Below, one piece after another: positions 37,781 to 46,027 of a stretch of DNA of 49,778 bases. How positions within the stretch are numbered: the first letter of the stretch is position 1; every line of letters starts with the position of its first letter. The notes under the pieces are model-generated. The model had not been told where the DNA came from, ran no database searches, and was given only the letters and a program-made list of their open reading frames with translations. Location of the stretch: NCBI GenBank assembly GCA_041694835.1, contig JBGFRZ010000036.1, positions 1 to 49,778 on the forward strand. Reading direction: 5' to 3'. The position numbers and the translations under genes are program-made. Origin of the DNA: Ignavibacteria bacterium. Lineage in GTDB: Bacteria; Elusimicrobiota; Endomicrobiia; PHAN01.

Positions 37781-38626
37781 TTACTTTCTCCTTAACAACC
37801 TCGAAAGTCTTTCAAGTTCGTCCAGAGTGTGATAGTAAATCGAAATACTTCCTTTTTTTGAATTACCTTTTATAATTACTTTCGCTCCGATGCTCCGTTG
37901 CAACGTGTTTTCAAGCTGTGTCAACTCGTAACTTTTCTTACGTTTTTTTAAAGGATGCCCCCCTCTTTTTTTTAGTTCGCCGACTATTTTTTCAACATCC
38001 CTGACAGTGAGCCCTTCGTCTATGATTTTTTTGAGAATATCCTTTTGCTTCTGCTTGTCAGAAATAGCCGCAATCGACCTGCCGTGGCCAGCCGATATGA
38101 CGCCATTTTCTATGTGGTATATCAGCTCTTCGGGAAGAGTAAGAAGCCTTATTGTGTTTGCCAGCACCGAGCGGTCCTTCCCTATTATTTTGGATAGCTC
38201 TTCCTGAGTCAGGTTGAATTCGGATATGAGATGCTTGTAGGCATTCGCTTCTTCAATTGGGTTTAGGTCCTCCCTCTGTATGTTTTCTATCAACGAGATA
38301 AGGAATTTTTCTTTTTCATTTACGGTTTTAACTACGACGGGAACTTCTCTTACGCCCGCCATCCTTGCCGCCCTCAGACGCCTTTCGCCCGCTATCAGTT
38401 CGTACTCACCAGGGATGGCCGATTGGGCAACAACAAGTGGCTGGGCGAGGTTGTGGTGTTTTATGGACTCAGCGAGTTCTTTAAGTTTCGCCTCGTCGAA
38501 TTTTTTTCTTGACTGCTGTGGGTTGGGCTTTATGCTTTCGATAGAGATTGAGAGTATAGTATCCGCCCTCTTTTCGGTGTATTTTGGAAGAATCGCCTCC
38601 AGCCCCTTGCCCAGCCCTCTTTTCAT
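37781..38626 (-). CDS. parB: Chromosome partitioning protein ParB/Spo0J
   Basis: MKRGLGKGLEAIL, PNPQQSR, YELIAGERRLRAA, IENIQREDLNPIEEA, HTH; GGAGGA SD before ATG 38626. Confidence 0.97.
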   Translation of the reverse strand: MKRGLGKGLEAILPKYTEKRADTILSISIESIKPNPQQSRKKFDEAKLKELAESIKHHNLAQPLVVAQSAIPGEYELIAGERRLRAARMAGVREVPVVVKTVNEKEKFLISLIENIQREDLNPIEEANAYKHLISEFNLTQEELSKIIGKDRSVLANTIRLLTLPEELIYHIENGVISAGHGRSIAAISDKQKQKDILKKIIDEGLTVRDVEKIVGELKKRGGHPLKKRKKSYELTQLENTLQRSIGAKVIIKGNSKKGSISIYYHTLDELERLSRLLRRK

Positions 38627-38705
38627 AAAATTCCTCCGAATGTTGCCGCTCCCAGTTTTGGTCGAGGCGAATAATCTATCCACAACAGGTTGGTAGGACA
38701 AAATC

Positions 38706-38757
38706 TTCAGACGGAAAATTCGAACAAATGTTCGAATGTTCCGACGGGAAAATTATT
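38706..38757. repeat. 52-bp palindromic element with SOS-box-like core, copy B
   Basis: Identical to 36701-36752; core at 38721-38734. Confidence 0.9.
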
Positions 38758-39001
38758 TGTTCTTAAGCCTGGCCGTTGTTTTGAGCTTCAATCCGCGTGA
38801 GAGTCGCCGGGTGTTACCATATCTAAACTGAAGATGGCCACGCCTCCCGAGATTTTTTATATGATAGTGAACGGTCGACGGGGAGACGTCGAACCGCTTA
38901 GCTATCTCTCTTATTGTCGGAGGTGATCCTCGCCGCTTCAGCGAACTACGGACGAATTTCAAAATCCTTTTTTTGATGCCGCCAAGACCTTCTCTGTTCA
39001 C
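38753..39001 (-). CDS. LexA-type winged-helix DNA-binding domain only (no S24 peptidase domain)
   Basis: RILKFV...GSPPTIREIAKRFDVSPSTVHYHIKNLGRRGHL...SRGL matches the LexA N-domain pattern; ~82 aa; probable GTG start at 39001. Confidence 0.8.
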   Translation of the reverse strand: MNREGLGGIKKRILKFVRSSLKRRGSPPTIREIAKRFDVSPSTVHYHIKNLGRRGHLQFRYGNTRRLSRGLKLKTTARLKNK

Positions 39002-39081
39002 ACCGTTAGAAATCTCCAATAACTTCAGTATTTATTGAAACTTTCAACATTCTCATAAAGAACCCGTAATTTCTAACGGGG
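39001..39081. mobile_element. 81-bp element, TIR C(A/C)CCGTTAGAAAT, TTCA target duplication
   Basis: CACCGTTAGAAAT 39001-39013 / ATTTCTAACGGGG 39069-39081; TTCA at 38997-39000 and 39082-39085. Confidence 0.8.
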
Positions 39082-39082
39082 T

Positions 39083-39844
39083 TCATATCTGTTTTTTCAA
39101 AAATTCATTCGCAAGCTCAATATACACTTCCGAGCCCCTGGAACTTTTATCGTATGTAATGATGGGTTTTCCGTAGCTCGGTGCCTCCGCCAATCTTACC
39201 GTCCGCGGAATTATCGTATCATATACCTTTTCCTTGAAGTACTTCCTGACCTCGTCAATCACCAGATTCGCAAGGTTCAGTCGCGAGTCATACATCGTTA
39301 TCAGAACGCCTTCTATCGCAAGTTTCGGATTCAGCCCTCCTTTTATCAGCTCTATAGTTTTAAGGAGCTGTCCTAATCCTTCAAGGGCGTAGTATTCGCA
39401 TTGGATAGGTATGATGACGGATTTACTTGCGACGAGCGAGTTTATCGTAAGAAATCCGAGCGTCGGCGGGCAGTCTATGACTATATACTTATATATGTTT
39501 TTCAACTTTGTGAGACAGTTTGTCAGGAGATTTTCCCTCCCGGGTTTGTCGGCAAACTCAACTTCCGCCGCTATAAGGTCTATGTTCGACGGTATAGCGT
39601 CAAGCCAGTCGATACTGGTCTTTTTTATCGTGTCTTCCACTTGAGTTTCGCCTATAAGCATTCTATAAATATTTTCGGACGAGTTTTTGTCGAGACCCAG
39701 ACCGCTTGTTGTGTTCGACTGAGGGTCCATGTCTACGATGAGGGTTTCGTGCCCGAGAAAAGCAAGAGATGCAACGAAGTTTATCGCCGTTGTCGTCTTC
39801 CCAACCCCACCTTTCTGGTTCGCTATTGAAATGATTTTACTCAT
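39083..39844 (-). CDS. parA: Chromosome partitioning ATPase ParA/Soj
   Basis: ANQKGGVGKTTT, DMDPQSNTTSGLG, IDCPPTLG, QCEYYALEGL, RLAEAPSYG. Confidence 0.97.
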   Translation of the reverse strand: MSKIISIANQKGGVGKTTTAINFVASLAFLGHETLIVDMDPQSNTTSGLGLDKNSSENIYRMLIGETQVEDTIKKTSIDWLDAIPSNIDLIAAEVEFADKPGRENLLTNCLTKLKNIYKYIVIDCPPTLGFLTINSLVASKSVIIPIQCEYYALEGLGQLLKTIELIKGGLNPKLAIEGVLITMYDSRLNLANLVIDEVRKYFKEKVYDTIIPRTVRLAEAPSYGKPIITYDKSSRGSEVYIELANEFLKKQI

Positions 39845-39847
39845 ATT

Positions 39848-39863
39848 TGTTTCACATGAAACA
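39848..39863. promoter_or_regulatory. parS site
   Basis: TGTTTCACATGAAACA, 15/16 to TGTTTCACGTGAAACA, 3 nt before the parA start codon. Confidence 0.85.
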
Positions 39864-39885
39864 TTTCCTTAGGCAGCGTTATTAT

Positions 39886-40035
39886 GAGATTATTGAAAAA
39901 GTTTTTTACCACGGAATACACGGAAAGAACTACCGAAGACATGGAAAAAATCCGTCGATAATAAAATCTCCGTGTTTCTCTCGTTTTTATTCCGCTCTCC
40001 CTGTGTCAAGGTTTTAGCGAAGCGTCAATGCTCTC
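39886..40035. mobile_element. 150-bp GAG...CTC element, ATTAT target duplication
   Basis: Left end GAGATTATTGAAAAA identical to that at 25684; right end TCAATGCTCTC; ATTAT at 39881-39885 and 40036-40040. Confidence 0.65.
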
Positions 40036-40113
40036 ATTATACCAAAAAATCAAAGGTGAAGTAAAATAAAATTAAAAACGCTCGTTTGGTTATTTAACAT
40101 CATATAGTCTGTT

Positions 40114-40129
40114 TGTTTCACGTGGAACA
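40114..40129. promoter_or_regulatory. parS site
   Basis: TGTTTCACGTGGAACA fits the TGTTNCACGTGAAACA consensus on the reverse strand. Confidence 0.9.
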
Positions 40130-40311
40130 TCGGTTAGAAGTCTCTATATGTCGGTTAGTCTTTTCTGAATTGACGGTTTTTGAAAATCGCGTTTGTCCTG
40201 TCTTGGTGATATTAATCTTGCTAAAAAGTATAAAACAGCGGAGCAAGGCGAATTGCTTTACCGCTTGATTACATCGAAAGACTTCTCTGACGATACGCAA
40301 TCGGGGAGTAG

Positions 40312-42435
40312 TTACCATAGGTCGTATTTGAGCCATCTAATGGCGAGTTCGAAAATAAAAATTACTGTTATTAAAAGGAAAGCATAGATTGTGGTATTCG
40401 CCATCGTTTCGGTTTTTATCTCCGACGCTTTTTTCGGAATTTTCTCATCTATTTTTCTGAGGTCAAATCCCGCCGTATCTATGTAAGTGCCCCCGGTTTT
40501 TTCGGATATATCCTTGAGAAAAGTCGGGTTTATGTCGAGATTTTTCAACTCTTCATAGACGCTTCTTGAAACCTCGACAGAATGGGTTTCCTTCGATATA
40601 AGTCGCCCACCTTTTGAGTAATAGATGTTTATTTTGTAACTCCCTTCCAGAGTCGGTGTGAATGAAAATCTCCACAATGCTCCGCTCTTTGCTTTTTCTG
40701 GTGTGATTTTCGAGCCGTCGGGTGCGGTTATATCGGTCTTGACTTCGATTCCGCCGGTTTGTGGTTTCACCAAAAACTCGCATTCGGTGTCTATGGCGAC
40801 ATTTTTTCTTAAGCCCAATACGTTTGCTTTGCTTTCGTCGAGCGAGCCGGTGAGGTATCCAACCATATTCTTCCAGAAGATATGATATATCTCGGGATAC
40901 TTTGAGTGCATCTTCCATCGCCATGTGGAGTTTGAGCCGAGCGCGGCGGTTCTTCCTTTCCCGTAGTCCCTTGTTGCAAGCACTACGGTGTTTCCGATGT
41001 CAGTTTTCGACCAAGGGTGTCTAATTAGTATTTTGCCCTCGGGGCGAATTTTTAGTTTTTGGGCTCCGTCGAGCTCGGGCAGTTCTTTCCATAAATCGGA
41101 CGGAGTTTCAGTTTCGATGGCAAATAGAGGGGAAGTATGGTCCGTTATCTGCGGTCTGAATATGCCTTCTTCTATGGCATCGGAAGGGTCTTCCATAAAG
41201 ACGGGAAGTATGTCTCTTATGGCGGTGTTTTGATAGCCACCCCTTGCGAATGAGTTATCGCCTCCCATCATGATAAATCCGCCGCCCTCCAGCACCCATT
41301 TTTTAAGTGCTTCAAAGTGCGGAGCGTAGATTCCGAACCTCTGGTAAGTGAAGTTTTCGAAGATTACGAGGTCAAAGTCGGCGATGTCTTTGATAAGCAT
41401 ATTCGCCCCCGGAAAAGGTATCAATGAAAGCTCTTCGTCGGGCACGAGCGCTATGTCTTCAGGGTTTCTCAGTATCACGAAGCTGACGAGCTCTATGTTT
41501 GCGTCGTTTTTAAGATGCTCCCTGAGGAAAGAGTATTCGTAAGACGGCTGGCCGCAGAGATAGAGAACCCTGATTTTTTCCTTTATCGCCTCGACGGTAA
41601 CTTTTGAAGAATTGTTCAGATGTGTAATTTCGCCCGGGTGGGTTGAGACGTCGATTTTGTAGTTGTTTGCGCCCCTTTTTTTAGGTCTGACCACAAATAC
41701 AACCTCCGCTTCGTCTTCATCTCCCGCCTCTATTCTCCGAGTCACCACGACGCCATCTTCATCTGTGAGATTTACCACGATGGGGCTTCCGCGTTTTATG
41801 CCTGCATGGACGAGTTTTGCTTTTACTGTAAAATCCTTTCCCTTAAATGCGAAAGGAGGTGCCTTTATGTCGAATAAAGAAATATCCAAAAATTTTTTCT
41901 TTTCAAATATATCGAAAGAGAAAATCGGGATTTTAGCTTCGCGAACGACTTCTACGCGGGTTGCCTCCTCCGATGTCTGACGCCCGTCTGAGAATAAAAA
42001 TATACCATCAAGATTTGGATATGCGTGGAAGAGGTTTTCAAGAGAGTTTATTATGTCAGTTCTTCCTGAGGATTTGAGTTTAGTTTTTTTATAATCAATA
42101 TGTCTGAAGTTTTCGGAGAAATCGAAAAAACCGATATTGTAGTTCTGCTCAAGATAATTGTGATTGATTTTTAAGTAATTTTTTACATATTCCACTCTCT
42201 TTGTGGCGAACATGCTGTCGGATGTGTCTATCATTACAGCTATCTCGTTTTTTTGCTTTTTGGCGTAGGTGGTTATTTTTGGAGAAAGAACGAGGGCGGT
42301 TAGAATTAATATAGTAAGTGTCCTTAATATCTTCAGCGTCAGCGGAGCCTTGCTTTTTATTGTAAGCCAGATTAAGCTTGAAGTCGCCAAAAATAGTGGT
42401 AGCAAGATGGATAAATTCTGGAAGTCGATTTTCAT
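40312..42435 (-). CDS. Membrane protein with vWA-like, Ig-like and GATase1-like domains (MoxR cluster)
   Basis: IDTSDSM, LFSDG, EGGGFIMMGGDNSF, YGKGR...TWRW, TM helices at both termini. Confidence 0.75.
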   Translation of the reverse strand: MKIDFQNLSILLPLFLATSSLIWLTIKSKAPLTLKILRTLTILILTALVLSPKITTYAKKQKNEIAVMIDTSDSMFATKRVEYVKNYLKINHNYLEQNYNIGFFDFSENFRHIDYKKTKLKSSGRTDIINSLENLFHAYPNLDGIFLFSDGRQTSEEATRVEVVREAKIPIFSFDIFEKKKFLDISLFDIKAPPFAFKGKDFTVKAKLVHAGIKRGSPIVVNLTDEDGVVVTRRIEAGDEDEAEVVFVVRPKKRGANNYKIDVSTHPGEITHLNNSSKVTVEAIKEKIRVLYLCGQPSYEYSFLREHLKNDANIELVSFVILRNPEDIALVPDEELSLIPFPGANMLIKDIADFDLVIFENFTYQRFGIYAPHFEALKKWVLEGGGFIMMGGDNSFARGGYQNTAIRDILPVFMEDPSDAIEEGIFRPQITDHTSPLFAIETETPSDLWKELPELDGAQKLKIRPEGKILIRHPWSKTDIGNTVVLATRDYGKGRTAALGSNSTWRWKMHSKYPEIYHIFWKNMVGYLTGSLDESKANVLGLRKNVAIDTECEFLVKPQTGGIEVKTDITAPDGSKITPEKAKSGALWRFSFTPTLEGSYKINIYYSKGGRLISKETHSVEVSRSVYEELKNLDINPTFLKDISEKTGGTYIDTAGFDLRKIDEKIPKKASEIKTETMANTTIYAFLLITVIFIFELAIRWLKYDLW

Positions 42436-42472
42436 AAGTGAAACATCTTGTCGATAAATTCACACACAAAAT

Positions 42473-42523
42473 TTCAGTCGGTAAATTCGAACAAATGTTC
42501 GAATGTTCCGACTGAGAAAATCA
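42473..42523. repeat. Palindromic element with SOS-box-like core, copy C
   Basis: TCAGTCGG..ATTCGAACAAATGTTCGAAT..CCGACTGA; core at 42488-42501. Confidence 0.88.
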
Positions 42524-43261
42524 CTGTCTGAGCTTCCTTTCTATAAAAGGCTGATGGACGGTATCGCTTTTGTAAGTGCCGGTAAGCGAATACATAATCA
42601 AGTTTATGGTCAACTTATGAGATTCCCATCGCTGCCTGTCCTTGCCGGGGTAGCATTCGTGGAGGTAGTTTCCGAAGTTGTCTTTCTGCCATGTGCCGGA
42701 AACATCATTCCACGAGAGGATTACGGCGAACCTTTCACCTACCGCAATCCCTTCAAGATACTCCCTCCAAATTTTTCTGCCCCCAACCCCTCTCAAGAGA
42801 TAAAAACTCCTGAAGAGCGCGTGTGAAAGAGGAATCTTCTGCCATGCTTTGTCGGGAAAAATTTTCGAGAGTTCGGACTTTATATTTTTTCTGAAATCAG
42901 AATCCACAGTGTCCGAGGCGTCGTCTATAAATATCATTCCCCCCAGATCTATGAAGCGCCTAATGATTTTTGCTTCCGACGGTGAAAACCCCGGAAAATC
43001 GCTTTTTCCTATGAGCCATAGAAAAGGAGAATTGAATATTTTCTCATCTATCTGAACGACCCTCCTTTCGGGGTACGCCTTGACGCTTGTGGTAGTTTCA
43101 AGAAAGTTCATTATCTCGCGCCATATGTTTGGATATGGATCCCAATCTCCCGCGTATTTTATTTGCGCAAAAACGAAAGAATCCCTCTGCGAGTGGTTTT
43201 TGGTCGTCGCACAGAGAGTGGACGCAATCATTAAAAAAACCGCAAAGAATGTTTTTTTCAT
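42521..43261 (-). CDS. DUF4159-domain secreted protein
   Basis: Signal peptide, IKYAGDW, PFLWLIG, GGMIFIDD, HALFRSFY, INLIMYSLTGTYKSD; ATGA overlap with the upstream gene. Confidence 0.8.
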   Translation of the reverse strand: MKKTFFAVFLMIASTLCATTKNHSQRDSFVFAQIKYAGDWDPYPNIWREIMNFLETTTSVKAYPERRVVQIDEKIFNSPFLWLIGKSDFPGFSPSEAKIIRRFIDLGGMIFIDDASDTVDSDFRKNIKSELSKIFPDKAWQKIPLSHALFRSFYLLRGVGGRKIWREYLEGIAVGERFAVILSWNDVSGTWQKDNFGNYLHECYPGKDRQRWESHKLTINLIMYSLTGTYKSDTVHQPFIERKLRQ

Positions 43262-45162
43262 CGGCCTCCCCTGTTTAGGAAATACACAAATATATTTTCG
43301 GCAGCAAGGAGAAAAAGAACTATAATCCACGCCGCCAACGATGAGTCCCTGCCCAAAACGATCGATATCGTTTTTCTCCAGTTTTTTCTATCGACAATGA
43401 ACACGCTTGCGTTTTTTATTTTAAGATCGGAGGTCTGCGTCAGATCGCTTTCGGATGGATTTGTGTTGACTACGAGAAAAATCGATTTTTTTAATTCTTT
43501 ATGCAAAAAGGTTATCTCGTAAAATCCAGGTTTTTCTGGAGTCGGTATGGTGTCGTAAATCCCGGCGATCCTGTCGTTTAACTTAATCGTCGCGCCGCTC
43601 GTCTCGGCGTATTTCCATTTGACAGGCTCGCCCGCAAAGGCGTATATGTCTTTAAACTCTTTTTTAGGCGATAGAATCTTTTCAAGCAGTGGCGCAAAAA
43701 AAGCCTTCGAAATCATGTTCGACCAGGATTTGTTGGCCGATGTGTTGAATATAAATGCGTCGCCTTTAGAGATGAGCAGGGGGTTGGCTTCAGTATCGAA
43801 AAAAAATGGCTCCCACGGTCTTTCATATGAAATTTTAAAAAACTTTTGAGCCGAGACTCTCCAATCGAATTTTTGGTCTTCGCCGAAAATTTCCTTTATC
43901 TTTTCGCCCGGCACGAAAGTCGTTCTTTTCTCAATTTTTCTTGAGAGGGAAACGTCCAGTATTGTTTTTCCATCCTCGACATTATCACCCGGAAAAAAAA
44001 TTATTTTTTTGTCGCCTCCCGTGAGTTTTTTTAGGATGTTTTCGTCGGGGAGGTAGTTTGAAATAATGATTGCATCAATTCTCTTTAAGTCGTAAGAGGC
44101 GAACTGATGAAAGCCTATCGTTTCAAATCTGAAGTTCATTGCGTTGAGGGCTGCTGTAATGTAATACAGCTCCGATCTGTATCCCGGCAGAGGATTTCCG
44201 TCTACAAGCAGGACATTTGGTTGTTCGGTTTTTTCGGGAATAAATCGATAAATATTGTCCTCGGTGAGATTGTCGCTTTTAATTTCAAGGGAGTATTTTT
44301 TATTCGCAGAAGGTTTTAGAAATATCTCGGCTTTATTGTTTCCGTGTTTCAGGTTTACGGCGGTACGGGCCATTTCAGAGCCGTCCTCGTACAAAATTAG
44401 CGATACGTTGCCGTCAAAGCCAAAGCTTCTGATTTCGGCGGTTATAGTATTGTTTATATTTTGAACAATATTCGCTATCGTCAAGTTTCTCTTTGCGGTT
44501 TTTTCGGTTATCAGCGTCACATTTGTGGTTTTTGAAAGGGCGGTATCCTTTTCGAAGTCGCTGATGGCTGAGTCCGAAAACCATATGATGTTTTTTGAAC
44601 CCGCGACTGATTCTGTCATAAAAGTTTCGGCCGCGGTGAGCCCCAAACGATGGTCGGTTTTTTTAACAGTTGGTTTTAATCCCAGAATTTCGTTTTTTAT
44701 TTTTTCGTGATTTACTGCCAGCCCTGTAGATTTATGTTCAATTTTGTCGGAGTATGAAATCACTCCGATTTTTGTAGTTCTTGGCAATTGCTCTAAAAGA
44801 TTCAACGCAACTTTTTTATTTTTTTCAAACTCGGTCTCGCCCAGAAGATTATAATTTAAAGAACACGATGAATCGAAAAGAAAAACTACAGAGGTGTCTT
44901 TCGACGGCTTCGCCTCCTTGCTGTAATAAAGCCATGGCCGCGTGAAGGCAAGAATCAAGAAGAGCAGGAACAGGATTCTTATTGCGAGAAGCGTCTGCTT
45001 TTGCCATTTTTTGAATATTTTTTTCTGACTTAAAATATCCTGAATGAGAGATATGTTGCTGTAATAGATTCTTTTTTTCTTTCTGAACAAAAGATGTATC
45101 AAAAGCGGAATAATGACAGCGGGCAGAAAATACAGAAAAAGTTTATTGAGGAGAAAAAACAT
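43258..45162 (-). CDS. BatA/vWA-domain membrane protein
   Basis: IPLLIHLL N-terminal double-TM motif, AFTRP, LFDSSCS MIDAS-like, FSD, VNTNPSESDL, C-terminal TM. Confidence 0.8.
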   Translation of the reverse strand: MFFLLNKLFLYFLPAVIIPLLIHLLFRKKKRIYYSNISLIQDILSQKKIFKKWQKQTLLAIRILFLLFLILAFTRPWLYYSKEAKPSKDTSVVFLFDSSCSLNYNLLGETEFEKNKKVALNLLEQLPRTTKIGVISYSDKIEHKSTGLAVNHEKIKNEILGLKPTVKKTDHRLGLTAAETFMTESVAGSKNIIWFSDSAISDFEKDTALSKTTNVTLITEKTAKRNLTIANIVQNINNTITAEIRSFGFDGNVSLILYEDGSEMARTAVNLKHGNNKAEIFLKPSANKKYSLEIKSDNLTEDNIYRFIPEKTEQPNVLLVDGNPLPGYRSELYYITAALNAMNFRFETIGFHQFASYDLKRIDAIIISNYLPDENILKKLTGGDKKIIFFPGDNVEDGKTILDVSLSRKIEKRTTFVPGEKIKEIFGEDQKFDWRVSAQKFFKISYERPWEPFFFDTEANPLLISKGDAFIFNTSANKSWSNMISKAFFAPLLEKILSPKKEFKDIYAFAGEPVKWKYAETSGATIKLNDRIAGIYDTIPTPEKPGFYEITFLHKELKKSIFLVVNTNPSESDLTQTSDLKIKNASVFIVDRKNWRKTISIVLGRDSSLAAWIIVLFLLAAENIFVYFLNRGGR

Positions 45163-45166
45163 GGAA

Positions 45167-46027
45167 TTATCCTATTATAAGTGATATCAAATTTTCTGGA
45201 GGGGTTTCGGTTGTCGCAAGATGATATTCAATGCCGCTCTTTCTAAAAGATATCTTATATTTCGAGAGAAATTCGTCGATTCTCTTTTTATATTCTTTGC
45301 GTATATTCCAGAATCCGCCGGTGGAGTCGTTTGTTTCGAGGTCAATAAATTCGAAGTTTTCTCCATAAGGGAAGGTTATCTCGTCGTTGTCCAACAAGTG
45401 AATAACTGTGCAGTCGTGGTGTTGCGAGTTGAGGTATTTCAGAGACGCTATGACTTCACTCTGATTTTCGAAGAGATCCGAGAGCAATATCACAAGAGAG
45501 CGTCTCTTGAGTCTTTTGGCCAGTTCTTCTATCCCTATCGATATACGGCAGAGGCCGTAAGTTTGGGTATTTTCGAGGATTTCAAGTATAGTGTGAAGCC
45601 TCTCCCATCCGCTTTTTGGCGGAAGAAATTCACGAAGTCCGTTTTTAATGACAGCGAATCCAACAGCGTCGCTTTGTTTGATAAATATATAAGATATAGC
45701 GGCGGTGATTCTCTTGGCATATTCGAACTTAGAGATGTTTTTGCCAAAGCCCATCGAATTAGAAGCATCAATGATTATATATGCCCTAAGGTTGGTTTCT
45801 GCCTGGAATTGCTTTACGAAAAATTTTTCGTTTCTTCCGAAGAGTTTCCAGTCGATATGTTTTATCTCGTCACCCGGAACGTACTGCCTGTGTTGGGCGA
45901 AGTCAAGCGAGTAACCTTGGCTTGGACTCGTGTGCCTGCCGCTGACAGTTCCTTCGACGCGTTTTTTCGCCCTCCAGAATTTTCCGGATAGTTTTGAGAC
46001 AAGGTCCACAGGGAGTAGCTTATTCAT
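45167..46027 (-). CDS. DUF58-domain protein
   Basis: GRHTSP..G.S.DFAQHRQYVPGDEIKHIDWK, ETNL, IDASNSM. Confidence 0.9.
   Translation of the reverse strand: MNKLLPVDLVSKLSGKFWRAKKRVEGTVSGRHTSPSQGYSLDFAQHRQYVPGDEIKHIDWKLFGRNEKFFVKQFQAETNLRAYIIIDASNSMGFGKNISKFEYAKRITAAISYIFIKQSDAVGFAVIKNGLREFLPPKSGWERLHTILEILENTQTYGLCRISIGIEELAKRLKRRSLVILLSDLFENQSEVIASLKYLNSQHHDCTVIHLLDNDEITFPYGENFEFIDLETNDSTGGFWNIRKEYKKRIDEFLSKYKISFRKSGIEYHLATTETPPENLISLIIG

Noticed and set aside
38676-38684. CTATCCACA as a DnaA box marking oriC (similar 8/9 matches near 5633 and 47157)
   Set aside because: Isolated imperfect matches with no cluster and no dnaA gene
36701-38757. Copies A and B as att sites of an integrated element, or as CRISPR repeats
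   Set aside because: They flank parB, a core gene; other copies exist; spacing is kilobases; no cas gene or integrase is present
40193-40387. 64-aa + strand ORF next to parS
   Set aside because: TTG start, no SD, overlaps the opposite gene and has no recognisable motif; cannot be supported
43707-43722. TCGAAATCATGTTCGA as another SOS-like box
   Set aside because: Mismatch in the GAAC half, different centre and no shared flanks; compatible with chance
45221-45991. 256-aa + strand ORF
   Set aside because: Antisense shadow of the DUF58 gene with no recognisable motif
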